Source: Lingula anatina (Eukaryota; Animalia; Brachiopoda). From it: a DNA stretch of 64,000 bases. Positions 1 through 12,041 of this stretch are shown here, piece by piece; positions within the stretch are counted from its first letter, which is position 1; each line of letters starts with the position of its first letter. The stretch covers positions 16,368,001 to 16,432,000 of the forward strand of contig CM120646.1 in NCBI GenBank assembly GCA_051362555.1, written 5' to 3'. Under the pieces are notes generated by a model. The model was given only the letters and a program-made list of their open reading frames with translations. It ran no database searches and was not told where the DNA came from. Both the position numbers and the translations under genes were made by a program.

Positions 1-435
1 TATTAAAAAGCCATTGCCTGCGTTTAGTTGTGGATCGGTATTCTCTCATAATTTTACTGCTTCTACATCCTTCACCTATCTTCTTTTTAAAGAGTATTTT
101 CCTCTATATCATGTATTTGTTTCTCAATAAACATAAGTTTGACATCCTTTCATAATTCAAAAAGGTTCAAAAAGGTTTAAATACTAATTGACTGGGAGTC
201 TACAAACAGGCTTAAAGGGTATACATTTTAAATAGCCTCGAAGCCAAATAAGTCAGGTGCGTGTCTATGAAAAATAGGTCCAATGACAACCACTGAAATT
301 GCGCCCCTGTCTTCTGAGATTTTAAAGACATTTTATTAAAGTATCTGAGGTCCATAAACAGGAAACTTAACCATAAAATCAAAGTACAAAACCGCTCCGT
401 AAATCTTTTGATACGGCACAACACGAAAATTGCAA

Positions 436-664
436 CTACTGAAAGGTGAATAAAAACTTCTCGGTCGTCCCCTCCCTCTGGGTCATATGTCTATTCCATG
501 TTAATATTCCTACCTTCATCATGGCGTTTTGATCGAACCCGACTTTGATCCAAGTGTACGCAGGGCGACGCTCCACCTCCTGTTTGGTGTAATGCAGGGT
601 GTTTAAACCATCGTCCCAAGGGCCGTATTCCCTGTAGAGATATCGTGCAAAGTCCAGTGAAGAG
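436..664 (-). CDS. B4GALT: B4GALT-family gene, last coding exon
   Basis: SSLDFARYLYREYGPWDDGLNTLHYTKQEVERRPAYTWIKVGFDQ... contains the GT7 C-terminal DGLN.L.Y...YT.I.V motif; TTCCAG acceptor; stop TAG at 438-436. A possible internal donor (AAG|GTAGGA at 513) makes the exact end uncertain. Confidence 0.85.
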
Positions 665-1083
665 CTGGAAATGGTTGTTTGAAAAAAATGTAGAATATAG
701 TTGGCCCAGACCTCTGGCTGGCAAAACATTACATACATGATGTTAATATACATATAGCCTGGTATTTAATATATTATAAAGCTATATAAAATATCGTGGA
801 AATAACATGTAGAACATGTTGTCAAAAAGATGATTTGCGATAAGTTAATTGATTAGTTTGATGGGAGAAAAAACTACGGAAACTCATAAATACTACACGT
901 TTGTGCAGGGCAGTCTGTTATTGCTACACAAAATTGAGATTTGACTTATATGCACAGACAAAATCAGCTTTTGGTCTACAACTTTTGTGAAACAGACCGA
1001 TGACGAATCTCACAGGCTTCTTTTCACGTCATCATTCCCACTTGCTGTATTATAAAGGAAATGAAAAAAATAAGATAACCCAC

Positions 1084-1179
1084 CCACTCGATGGATTGGC
1101 TAGGATAGGATGATGAAAAACTCGGTAACGTCCCAGTTTGCTGTCAGCGCGTGTAAATGATACGTTCTGAGACTGCATT
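1084..1179 (-). CDS. B4GALT: B4GALT-family gene, exon 6 (flexible loop)
   Basis: MQSQNVSFTRADSKLGRYRVFHHPILANPSS(G) matches the GT7 R.....GRY.M..H.....NP loop; TTTCAG acceptor, GTGGGT donor. Confidence 0.85.
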
Positions 1180-1509
1180 CTGAAACAAAGTACGATGATA
1201 TTTTTATATTATCAGCTGCAGGATCCACTGGCGGTTCCAAGATTGTGAAAAGCTAGGGAGTGGGGGCACAAGTCTGTTCCTCGCCTCTCTCGACATGCTT
1301 GCACATTTAAAAGATTTTTACATCGTAATAAATGTAGGTAATTTGAAAATACATGTAAATAATTCCAAAATGCACAGGAAATGAAAAGTCACTTGGTTTC
1401 GTTAAGACAGCTTACAAAAACGTTTAATTATTTATTTATTTATTTATTCATTTATTCTAGTGGGGTAGAGGTGGAGGGAGATCCTCCGAAAGCGTGAGCT
1501 TATCCTTAC

Positions 1510-1632
1510 CGGAAGTAGAAGTCGTCGTCTTCCCCTCCCCATCCAAGGTAACCGTTGGGATAGCCATTGGTCTTCCTGAATGCCTCAGCAGGAAACCCGA
1601 GCACACCGCCAATGTATCTGTAGTACGGAACA
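1510..1632 (-). CDS. B4GALT: B4GALT-family gene, exon 5 (GWGGEDDD motif)
   Basis: VPYYRYIGGVLGFPAEAFRKTNGYPNGYLGWGGEDDDFYF(R); hallmark GT7 catalytic motif; TTTCAG acceptor, GTAAGG donor, phase 2->2. Confidence 0.95.
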
Positions 1633-2014
1633 CTGAAATGTAGGAGTTCATTCTATTACAACCATTTGATGTGCAACAAGAGGGTGTGGTTCAAAATAAT
1701 TGTTGAAGATAACATTTTGGCAGACTCTCAATGTAACATGCACATGTACAGGTACATGTACTAGTAAAACTTGGGTCAAATATTTCTTTTCAGAAAGTTT
1801 AATTTTAAAGAATAAAAGTGATACAGAGCCAGCCTATTTTCTACTACGTGTATGTTGACTAAGTTGTTTTTCTTGTCTGCGACGGGCATTTCTTGTAGGC
1901 GTATCTGGCAATCATTTTGAAATATCGCAAATAAGCAATTTAGTAATATCTGTCCCAAAACCGAGGTTCTAAACCATGAGTTTGGTTTAATGTCTATGGG
2001 AGCCATAAACTTAC

Positions 2015-2205
2015 GAATACTTGAATCTATCCTCAGCAGAGGCAAAATGAACCGCTTTATCTGTTGGGCATCTATATAGCAGGAGATTGTTCAAGGGGAT
2101 CTTATCCACATCATGAAATATGTAGCAGGTAAAATTGTAGGTGGCACTGGCTTCGAGGAAACCCACATTTCGAATGAGGCCGAGATTGAAAATTGTTGAA
2201 GGAGC
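2015..2205 (-). CDS. B4GALT: B4GALT-family gene, exon 4 (DxD motif)
   Basis: APSTIFNLGLIRNVGFLEASATYNFTCYIFHDVDKIPLNNLLLYRCPTDKAVHFASAEDRFKY(S); FHDVD metal/nucleotide-sugar motif; TAG acceptor, GTAAGT donor. Not in the ORF track. Confidence 0.95.
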
Positions 2206-2563
2206 CTAAAATCATATGGGATAACAAAATGTTAAAATGGTTCACAAAGGGAAGTTAAGTAGTAAACCTTTTAAATAAAATTATGGCATGAATAAGAACG
2301 AACAATGCTATTAAACGGGAATCGTCTATGCATAAGAGTTACTAAGTGGGCATGATTTTTGTTTACCACTGCACGCATGTGATAATATAGTCAACAAGAT
2401 ATTTCTTTTTAATTATTTTTCCTTAGATATACGCAGCAGGATCGCGTGACCAACAGTAGGCTTCGCAAAACAGACATAGAAATCGGAGAAGTGTGCCACA
2501 ATAAAAGTAAAAGTAGAAATCGCACGAACTGAGCCTGTGTATTTGTTTGGCAACAATCCCTAC

Positions 2564-2796
2564 CTGTTCTATGACAAATATCTCATAATGAATATTTTGA
2601 GATTGAAGGAAAGGATGCAAGTTCTGGAGCAGAATATCAAGGTGTTCCTGCCGGTCACGATACGGAATGATGACGGCCACGTGATCACGTGGTACACATG
2701 ACGTAGGCTGCCACGCGCCACCAGGGCTGAGGTTTTCAAACAATTTCCCCGTCACATTTGGTGACATGCGTTGAATATGGACGCGATAATTATTCT
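2564..2796 (-). CDS. B4GALT: B4GALT-family gene, exon 3
   Basis: PGGAWQPTSCVPRDHVAVIIPYRDRQEHLDILLQNLHPFLQSQNIHYEIFVIEQ is the GT7 N-terminal signature (GG.W.P..C...VA.IIP.R.R..HL...L.PFL..Q......IEQ); AG/GT boundaries, phase 1->0. Confidence 0.95.
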
Positions 2797-2938
2797 CTGA
2801 AAAAGGATGTAGGAAAATTTATGTTTACATGTGAAACAAAGTGTCAGCCAGATGCATGACAGAATGTTTCAAAATTAAAGTTCCATCATAATATTATTTC
2901 AAGGCACTTCATACAAAGCAATACAGGACCTATATATT

Positions 2939-2951
2939 CAGTGGCGGATTT

Positions 2952-2983
<32 letters not shown>

Positions 2984-3166
2984 CGTGACCTCTCCCCTTC
3001 GATTTCCCCTCTTGAAATTAGAATTTTGACTAGCTGAATCATAGCTCTAAACCGGACCAAATGACACCGTTCGGCTTCTAAAATACCAAAAAATTTCAAG
3101 GCCCTCCCAACGCCGCGGCTTGTCATTTCTAAAAAAACCCTTCAAATAATTCTGGATCCGCCCCTG
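2939..3166. mobile_element. Small non-autonomous TIR element (MITE) in B4GALT intron 2
   Basis: Imperfect terminal inverted repeats CAGTGGCGGAT ... ATCCGCCCCTG, internal poly-G run, no coding capacity, no clear TSD. Confidence 0.65.
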
Positions 3167-3753
3167 ATACTGTACATGCATATCCGTCTTCTCGAAGATC
3201 AAGTGTAAGACCTACATATGTGAAACAAGAAGTCGACATTTACGAGATGTTTAGAACACAAAATACGTCCTTTTGACTTATTGTGATAAATATACCCAGT
3301 GCGCACGTTATAAATCGCTAATTAATGTGTGAAATATGTTTGTATGTGCCAAGTCACTTTGGCCTAACGCAAAATAGATTAGTTGTGACATTTTGTTTCG
3401 TATAAATAACGGGGCCATATCAAGCCATTAATGACCAGTAAACGTCTACTGTCACTTAAATACAAATGAAACCTAAATATGTTGAGGTCCGTCAGTGAAG
3501 ACATATAGAGGTCTTTTCTTCAACTACTAAGAACTTCATTATTTCCAACTCGATCAATTAAAGCCCCAGAGTGAGGTTTATTAGTAGGTCATCCCCAGTT
3601 TTTCACTGGTGCACTAACACGGAATCCATACTTCTTTACATTAAGCGTAGTGAAACAAAGCCCAAGTTATCAACCCGCTTGTCTTTGTATCTGTATTAGT
3701 TAACTCAAATAATTGTATAATTTTTTTCTGTCCCCATAATTTGTTTTTTGTAC

Positions 3754-3857
3754 CTGACTGAGGGGTACAAAATTTGGCTGGTTTAACATCATATCTCTTC
3801 TGTCGTACTTTTAATACCGTTTGTTCTTGTCCTCCAACTTCCGCGATATACGTCCAT
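3754..3857 (-). CDS. B4GALT: B4GALT-family gene, exon 2 (stem region)
   Basis: TTTCAG acceptor and CAG|GTAC donor; 104 nt, phase 2->1, open frame WTYIAEVGGQEQTVLKVRQKRYDVKPAKFCTPQS joining exons 1 and 3 in frame. Confidence 0.75.
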
Positions 3858-4221
3858 CTGAAAATGAAATCGAGAATATTTTACCGCTCACAAAATGCAC
3901 GTTTTTTTACTTGAACATGTAAACATCGAAACATTTTTCGTTTAATTTCTATTTTACAGTACACCTTCAGTATTGTAACTAGTCGTGATATCCCAAGCCA
4001 CTTTCGTTGTGGTATTTTAAAATTATTTCCGTCAATCTTTGAGGGAACTATGCCATATAAAATCAGAACATTTTAGTTACTTCTTACTTGACACAGTTTG
4101 CTTCCGCGAGATGGAAAGTGGTAAATATAGTCGTACAAAACATGCAATATATGTTAGTCATAGGGAAAAAAATGATTCCTTAAAAATGGATTCAGTAAAA
4201 AAAAAGCCTACGCATACTTAC

Positions 4222-4358
4222 CGAATTAATATGCCAGATATAAAAACTAGGGAAACAATGGAAAGGCACATCCAAAAGAACACCATCTTTAACATCATCA
4301 TCTTTGTCTTATGTATCTCTTCCCCTTGAAAAAATATTTGATCAGGAGGTGTAGTCAT
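4222..4358 (-). CDS. B4GALT: GT7 beta-1,4-galactosyltransferase-family gene, coding exon 1 (cytoplasmic tail + type II membrane anchor)
   Basis: Reads MTTPPDQIFFQGEEIHKTKMMMLKMVFFWMCLSIVSLVFISGILI(R), ending in a CG|GTAAG donor. The start could instead be the ATG at 4301. Hydrophobic TM segment typical of Golgi glycosyltransferases. Confidence 0.75.
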
Positions 4359-5850
4359 TAACGTTAATGCTGATGTTTATTCTTCCTCCTTGCGTAGAAT
4401 AGTTAATCAGTCACTTCAAAATATCCAAGATACCTTTTGATAAATAGCGATAATAGTGGCGTTAATCGTATAACATGTATCATCCATTTGGGTTCATTTT
4501 GACAGACGTGAGTCAAACCACAGCTAGCTATTCGGTTTAATTGTATTATTATTCAAATGGAAATGACGAAATAGGTGTGTTAACATTCTTTGAAAATTCT
4601 AGTATTGGTGAGGAGGCGGAGGAGGAGCAGAGGGCAATGGCTGTTCCAGGAGCCGGCATGTGTCCCCCCCCCCCCCCCCCCCGAAAAAAAGATTCCGATA
4701 AATAAATAGATAAAAGGAAAACGATGATGAAACGACTTAAACGAGACAAAAAATCTTTTCAGTGTATCCCTATACCTTGCATATTGTGAAAAAATTATCT
4801 CCTGTGATCGATATGACAGGGACCATTCCCCTTACCACCCCCTCGTATTATGTTCATCCTTGTGGCCCCCTGTCATATAATCCGCCAGGAAAGAGGGGGT
4901 CAACGTTTTAGATGTAAGGCATGCGTTCTATGTTTCTTCCCTATGTTGTGAAATAAAGGACAAAAAGAAAAAAACACTTAAACTCGGTGAAAAACACTTT
5001 ATTCGATTCGAAATCGGTGCACCAGATTTTTCCTCGGGTGCCAATAAACACAGGTATTTGTCTGTTATACGGCACGGTCAGTCTTCCACTACCGGTGCTT
5101 ATCGTTTTAAGCAACCGCCAAGAACTGCTTTTACTGTCTTCAAGCAGTGGCATAATTTTTCGACTGTCTTAAATTCCAATGACAGAATGATAAACCTGTT
5201 ATAAGCACAGAATCCTTATATCCTTAGAGTGGACTAAAGCATTCTCCTCAAAAATTTCTGATCTTGAGCTGCAAGTTTTTCAAATATATATTGAGAATTT
5301 GTAAAGACGATAACTCGTTCCATGGTATTCATTTTAAACATTGTAACTCTGAACAGAATATTTGTGCGGGTCCTGCAGAACCAGACAGCTTCTAATAATT
5401 TCAGCTGTTCTTCAATGTAAAATGATGAGTAAAATTCCATTTCAATACAAACACTGATATACTGTATATCCTCCATTATGTGCAAAAATATATACATTCC
5501 TTCCTTTAACCACGAGTCAATTTACTTGTCATAAAACTGAAAAAAAAATACTGCTGCATTGCCGGCACGCCCCCAGCATATTTTGCTTTGTAATTCTTTT
5601 ACTTTTCTTTCAATAAAAGTGCAACGTGTATCATCCCCGGTTGTCCTTCATCATGGGGGGGCGTGGACTGCGGTGCGCCAGTGATGACGTATATTTGGGC
5701 ATGTAGCCATCACATTCCCCATTTGTTCATTTCATATTCCTTATTTATTAAGTCTGTCGGCCTGACAAACATATGTCCTCTTGCCCTCTCATTCAATGGC
5801 CCACGTAAGTCATCGGCGGTGTGATTGATGTAATACCCTCCTTGACGCGG

Positions 5851-5972
5851 TCACCTGGGCGGGGACATGTGTGAGTTGAGGAATGTCAACAAGAAGGTCA
5901 CCTTCAGGCAAAACTGAAAACTACTGTAAGCTGCAACATGGCGACTGGCCGTGGCGCCGTTTATCGATGACC
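5851..5972 (-). CDS. Secreted CUB-like protein, last exon (GPI-signal-like tail)
   Basis: Strong pyrimidine tract TTCTTTTCCCCCCTAG; phase-compatible (G)SSINGATASRHVAAYSSFQFCLKVTFLLTFLNSHMSPPR-TGA: small residues, spacer, hydrophobic C-terminus. Confidence 0.65.
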
Positions 5973-6553
5973 CTAGGGGGGAAAAGAACGAATATCTCAA
6001 AATGTTTGCTTATTTAATTATAACCCTCTTTTTAAAGGACAGTTCCTTTTGAGGCATTAAAAATTATTCATATTTCTTTTCAAAAAATAACTTGTAGCAC
6101 TATGAGTTCCCAAAGACGGTAAGAAAATGTCTTTTTCTGCCATTCCAAATATACAAACCGGTATACGAAAATAATTTATAAAGATTTATATTTTTCTGCG
6201 TCAGATTTCCTGACCTGTCTCTTTAAACGAGTACAGGCGACATTATAAAAGGATTGTTTCATACGTCAAACTTGCGTCATCCAGTGATATATTCTAAATA
6301 GGAAATATGTCATGTATTGTATCATAGCTCCATCTCTCCCTCGATTAAATGTATTTTATATTGGATGGTCTCCTAAGGTACTATACCGGTAGAAGGGAAA
6401 ACGGAAATGACGTATGGGGCATTCATAACTGGGGAGGAATAAAATTTAGCAGACATTCCCAATAAAGGTTAATGAGATTTTATGGGCTGAATCAGTTAAG
6501 ACCATTTCAAATATCGTTCCCTTTTATATTGAAAGAAAGGAAAAAACCTCTAC

Positions 6554-6689
6554 CTGGATCGAGCGTGGAGAGTTTGATGTCAAAGTAGTACTCAGACGTT
6601 CTGGTATATTTTTTACCCAACAGGAATATAAAGCTGTCTGCATAGACGTGTAGGACTTCATTAGTGTAGTTCCGGCAGTTGTAAACTCT
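6554..6689 (-). CDS. Secreted CUB-like protein, exon 3
   Basis: TTTCAG acceptor; RVYNCRNYTNEVLHVYADSFIFLLGKKYTRTSEYYFDIKLSTLDP; CAG|GTAGAG donor; phase 0->1. Ends in an F.I..S strand like CUB C-termini. Confidence 0.75.
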
Positions 6690-7394
6690 CTGAAACAGAA
6701 TTAATGGATACAAAACGACGATCGAAATATTAAAAGGAAATTTACAGGCCTGAATCAAAATACCGCCTAGTGCTCGGATATACTGGCATCCGATTTAAAG
6801 GTTCTATTGTTATTGCTTTTTAGTATCACTACATTTGAAGTACGCTTTTTCTGACATTATACATAAAAATGACATTATAACAATATTTAGTTGGCGAATG
6901 GCATTTTGTATGTGCATGTTTCACAAACAGTCATTACTGAGTTAATAGATTATCATGTTGATGAAAGACCGTTATGAATCCATTTACTTATTCACTGTTT
7001 GATTCTCACAATACTATAGTATGTCTGTCTTAAGATATCCACATTTAAGTATGAAAAGGTAAATAAAAACGTTTCTGTTATCTGCTATTTTCAATTATAA
7101 CTCCATATTTGTTGCCAATTCCACTGCATTCCGATATATAAGTGTTGACGTTGTGTATATAGAGAGGCATGTCGTTTTGATATTAGATTGTTTTCAAGAA
7201 GTAGCATGTGGCGGTACTTTGGTCAGACAGTTTGTATTGTACTGGGGCAGATAAATTTGGAATGGAATTTGGAATATGAAATATTTTCCTTACTGAAAGA
7301 ATACCCGTTGTATTTAACAACGAAAAAGGCGTTTTTAACGAAAAAGGCCTTTTTGTCGTTTATCACTTTTTAATAAATTTCAAGCAGATCATAC

Positions 7395-7651
7395 CAGAAG
7401 TGAATATTTCTGTAGCAATCCAGAGAGAATCGTCAGTGTGACATCACAGTTCCTGATTTCAAACTTTGTAATCTCTATGACGAAATATCTCGCCACCTTG
7501 CCGTGGTAACCTTGGGAACAGGCTTTTGGCGGGAAACTTGGCACTCTGGAGGCGGCGTGGATTCCATGGATATGAATCACCTCGTTTATTGCAAGGGAAA
7601 AATTGTGCATCTTCCTGTTACTGGAACAGAAGTCTGTTGTGTCCATGTAAT
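7395..7651 (-). CDS. Secreted CUB-like protein, exon 2
   Basis: TTTCCAG acceptor; (Y)YMDTTDFCSSNRKMHNFSLAINEVIHIHGIHAASRVPSFPPKACSQGYHGKVARYFVIEITKFEIRNCDVTLTILSGLLQKYSLL; CTG|GTATGA donor. Cys spacing and F.I.I..F.I..C...L.I pattern resemble CUB beta-sandwich domains (recognition by eye). Confidence 0.75.
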
Positions 7652-8791
7652 CTGGAAAGCATAATAATATAATAATTATTTTTATAATATTTATATAATT
7701 ATCGTTATATGTTTTTTGCATTTATATGCAGGTTGCATAACTCCACGGTCTATTCATTATAATGATAATGATGGTAATAATTGTTTCCTATTTACATTTA
7801 CATAATGGAATAATGATATTATCGTACCAAGGTTTTTTTTCCTTATTTACACTGACAGATAAATGGAAAGCGCAATTGTGAAAACGGAAAATCAGCTTTG
7901 AATTCCAAATCCCATAAAAAAGGAGAGTTACCGGGCATATGGCTACTACTGAAGGGGGGGGGGGAGGGAGTCAAACACTTTAACCCCCCCCCCCCCACTC
8001 CTCCACCCTACAGCCACCCACACCCACGTGATTCCCTTAATAACGAGACCCACGTCAGAAGTCTACAAGAGTAAGAATTCCCCACAGTACCCAGTCAAGA
8101 ATCATTCGAACATTGGGTGTTTAAACACCCCCACTCCACAGACAACCACAGGAGATTCACAGTACTCATTCGGGAAAACATTTCATGTATCCCGAAAGCA
8201 GTTTCATGCAAGGGCGACAGTGTTCAACTCCCTCTTTCTCTGCCAGACTACATGGCATTACTATGATCCGTACGCTGGTCATTAAGCGTTCAAATACGCT
8301 CCGCCTGATTACATTTGAATGGCGTTTGCTTGAAAATTTAGGTGGACTGCATTAAGTTTAGTACTCGTGGGATCAGCACAAGTACGTCGAAAAGTTCAAT
8401 CTCTTTGAAGTACCCGCTAACACGTATTGATTAGCTAACGCTGCACGGATTTAGTGATGACTGTTCTTTCGATAATATACTCCTTTTTACTGAAGTAGCG
8501 TGTTTTGTTTCAGAGTGCTTCGTGCACTTGTCACTTTGCATCTTTCTAAAAATCGATGATATCGTTGTTTTCTGTATTCTTGATGGGAACTCAATAAATC
8601 TCAGAAAGAGGATTTTTTTCAAAGTTGGCCAGACTCACTGACATGTCGGACGCGGCGGCTGTATTTAATTTCCTTCAAATTAAGCTGCGAAAGAATGTTT
8701 AAACAGATTGTGAACATTTTCCAGTTTTTATTTACAAAAAAGAATGCATGGAAAAATATATATATACACCTATTCCCAGCCAATCCCAGCC

Positions 8792-9128
8792 GATCCAACA
8801 ACTCCATCCACAGGGTGTCCATTTCCCACCTGACCCAACAACTCCGTCCACAGGGTGTCCATTTCCCACCTGACCCAACAACTCCGTCCACAGGGTGTCC
8901 ATTTCTCACCTGACCCAACAACTCTATCCCCAGGGTTTCCATTTCCCACCTGGCCCAACAACTCAGTTCACATTGTGTCCATTCCACACCTGACGCAACA
9001 ACTTCGTCCACAGGGTGTCCATTCCCCACCTGACCCAACAACTCCGTCCACTTGGTGCCCATTCCCCACCTGGCCCTACAACTCCGTCCACAGGGTGTCC
9101 ATTCCCCACCTGACCCAACAACTCCGTC
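8792..9128. repeat. 40-bp minisatellite, about 8 copies, in intron 1 of the CUB-like gene
   Basis: Unit CCAACAACTCCGTCCACAGGGTGTCCATTTCCCACCTGAC repeats with 40-nt period; explains the overlapping spurious ORFs at 8619-9164. Confidence 0.95.
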
Positions 9129-9745
9129 GGTCAATAGCGGAGTAACGGAGGGGTTGCGTAACACCTCGCCAAATTAAGCTCAAGCCAATTCCATTACCGC
9201 TGCTGTTACGCTAAACTGTTTATTTATTTTCGGTGTGTATTTGATTAGGTCAAGCATGGTGACCTGTCCATTATTTTGTTGGGCTTGGGTTTTATTGTAG
9301 TGAGGGTCCCTACTGCCTTGCTGGTACATTAGCCTATATGTATATATATGCCAATGGATGCATCTTTTCGTGGAATATGCTAGCATTACTATGATAAAAT
9401 GTAATTTCTGCCGGGACGGCCTCCCTGACTGAAATACAGACGTTGTGATAGGGTCAGGATGACTTATCAAAACGCCCATTGAGATTTGTTTGATTACTTG
9501 AGGGAGATGAATTTCTAGGCAAACCAAATTAATTTGCCGATCCTGGTCGACCTTGTGCACTTGTGGATTCCCTACAGTCCATCCACTGTCATGTTTACTC
9601 GATAGATGTGTACTGAGGATGTTGTGTGGCCAAATCAAATAGGTAGTTCATGTAATCTGTGGTGTTCATGAACAAATTCGTGAGCCTCACGCACAGGCTG
9701 ATGTTTCCTATAGCACTAAATGTACCGTGCGGATTCTGTCCCCCG

Positions 9746-9746
<1 letters not shown>

Positions 9747-9813
<67 letters not shown>
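9747..9813. repeat. Compound (CT)n(CA)n microsatellite
   Basis: Directly visible. Confidence 0.95.
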
Positions 9814-9815
<2 letters not shown>

Positions 9816-10760
9816 ATCTTACGAAAACACTGAGAACAAGAAATATTCAAATTTTCCTTTCAACAAGAAGATTCTCGTGCTTAACCACAAACATAAAAAA
9901 CTCTTTAAAGATGGACCAAATTACATTACATATGTATATGACACTCGCCCCGGCTCAAAAAATAAATCAGCCTATGCATAAGGCACTGATAGCATATGTT
10001 ACACTAGTTTGATCGATGGAAACACCAGAGTAATGTAATTATTTTTTTAGTTTTGTACTCACTGTAAAGGGGGTAGACCAAAGTCAATACGGCCCCGAGG
10101 GTGACAATATCTGATCGAACTTTAATTCATATCAACCGATTAAAATGCTCCTCGGATCTTAAGGGGTAAGCCAATTACTTTTTTTCTTTCTGTCAATTAA
10201 ATATCTGGGTCGATTTTTCTGTTCGCCTGCATGCCGAACGAATGTACGTGTTTTCTATAAAAACAAAGAATAACTTCGGAAATTGTGACCCGTTCGTTGC
10301 ATGTACCATCAACACGCCGCTACTCTGTGTTTTGTAGTAATAGTAGAAACTCAATAAAGTCTAACATCCCGTTCACAGCCAGGGCGCTTTGGACATAACA
10401 TATACGGATACAAGGCCTCGCTAGTCCACGCTTGGTGTGTTGGACACAATTCAACACTGATGCAGTGTACACAGCTGTGCAACTTTTAATTTTCGGCTGC
10501 TTACGCTGTGTATTATTTTAATGAATCTGTGCTATTTAAAGATTTATGTAATCACGCCGCCTCTGCATACCGCTTGCCAACTCAGCCGAGAGCATTAATA
10601 ATATGTTATACCTAAACTAGACCGAAAAGATGGGAAATACGTTTTACATGAGAAATACGTTGAAGAGATACTTAAATTGTATTATGCTATTAAAATGGGG
10701 TATGATTTTAACAGGTTAAATATCATTTCATTCTGCTTTGACAATATTATTGGAAGACTT

Positions 10761-10799
<39 letters not shown>

Positions 10800-11881
10800 T
10801 CTTTTTTTTTTTGGGGGGGGGGGAACACAGAATAAAGAATTCAAAGACGAGCAGAATAAGAGTAAAAGGCTAAGAGACTGACAAACAAACAAATTAGCTC
10901 CCAAAACAAAAATACAATTCCAGAAGATGCAGAAAATGTGATTAACATAGAGTTAATTTTATTTCTCTGAGGACTAAATAAGTCTTTGTGATCAATGTTG
11001 TTGTACCGGGAATCCAGATTGACTGATATCTGAGTATCTATATTAAATTCAGGCGCGCAGTTGGAATGTTTTAATGTACATCAGAAAGAAGCACATGGCG
11101 AGTAATAATAAAGAACCTGTATATTTTCCATTACAATGAAAACAAGGCAATACAATGCAGAGAAGAAGGCAAATACTGAAGACCCCAGGAGGCACAAATA
11201 AATGCGGAAATAACCACCAGTCACATAAATCATTACGATAATATCCCCTCTTTTTACATGGTCTTTCCTCGATCAGATCGATTCCCGGAAACTCTGTTGA
11301 AGCAATTAAGCCCATCCCTCTAGGGCATCAATGTGGCAAGGACGCTATGATAACAGCGGTGCAATGTTATCTGGAGTTGCCTCAGTAAGTTAACGTGTAG
11401 TCAATGCGTGCATCTCCATGGAACAATTTACTTAGATTGATAGTAAAATAGAGCGCGTATCTTAAGGCCGTTATTCTTCATGAATAGAATTTATTACGAT
11501 ACATGTACCACTTTAGAGTAATATTTTGAAACGATTAACATATTTCATACTTCAAGTGAAATGCACGCACCAATAGCAGATATTAGAATACCACAGTAAG
11601 ATTTTATTCATTTGCCCCAAACTAATGCCTTGTGTAGGGTAACTTGGTAAAGGAAGATTTGTATTCCAAACTTAAATTGTCCATTTTTAATCTAACTGGT
11701 AGGCAAGCCTTTCTCAAAATTGAAATTGTCAAGAAGACTCATACATGCACTGGTCAGAAACAGTGCATACATCCTTTTCTTAGATGACCAGTATATGCAT
11801 TTAACACCATCTTATTCTAAACCACCCCATGTACTTTTTAAATCATTCCCCTAAAAATTAGAAAAAAATGTTTGTACTTAC

Positions 11882-12041
11882 AGTCACGAACTATCTTCCC
11901 ATTATCACTGTGTGCGCGGACGACAACCTTGAGACCGACATCTCGCCCGGATGTGAGAACTACCATGAACATAGCCCAAACCATAACGGACATGTAGTTG
12001 ACCACCATACTCACACTGCTGTACATATCCAGTCCCATCAT
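11882..12041 (-). CDS. Secreted CUB-like protein, exon 1 (signal peptide)
   Basis: MMGLDMYSSVSMVVNYMSVMVWAMFMVVLTSGRDVGLKVVVRAHSDNGKIVRD + T|GTAAGT (consensus donor, phase 1, matches exon at 7651). Which Met starts translation is uncertain. Confidence 0.65.

Noticed and set aside
4941-5172. ORF as an alternative last exon of the CUB-like gene
   Set aside because: Weak acceptor and no recognisable features; the 5972-5851 exon fits better.
8619-9164. 181-aa ORF and overlapping ORFs; 40-bp periodicity superficially CRISPR-like
   Set aside because: Contiguous tandem units with no unique spacers, no cas genes, eukaryotic intron; the ORFs are minisatellite artefacts.
9180-9656. 152-aa ORF / possible duplicate of CUB exon 2 (shares CAG|ATTACATG and GGAATCCAC at a similar offset)
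   Set aside because: The exon-2 frame hits a stop quickly, the rest does not align, and the region shares motifs with the repeat near 39490-39540; more likely TE-derived or chance.
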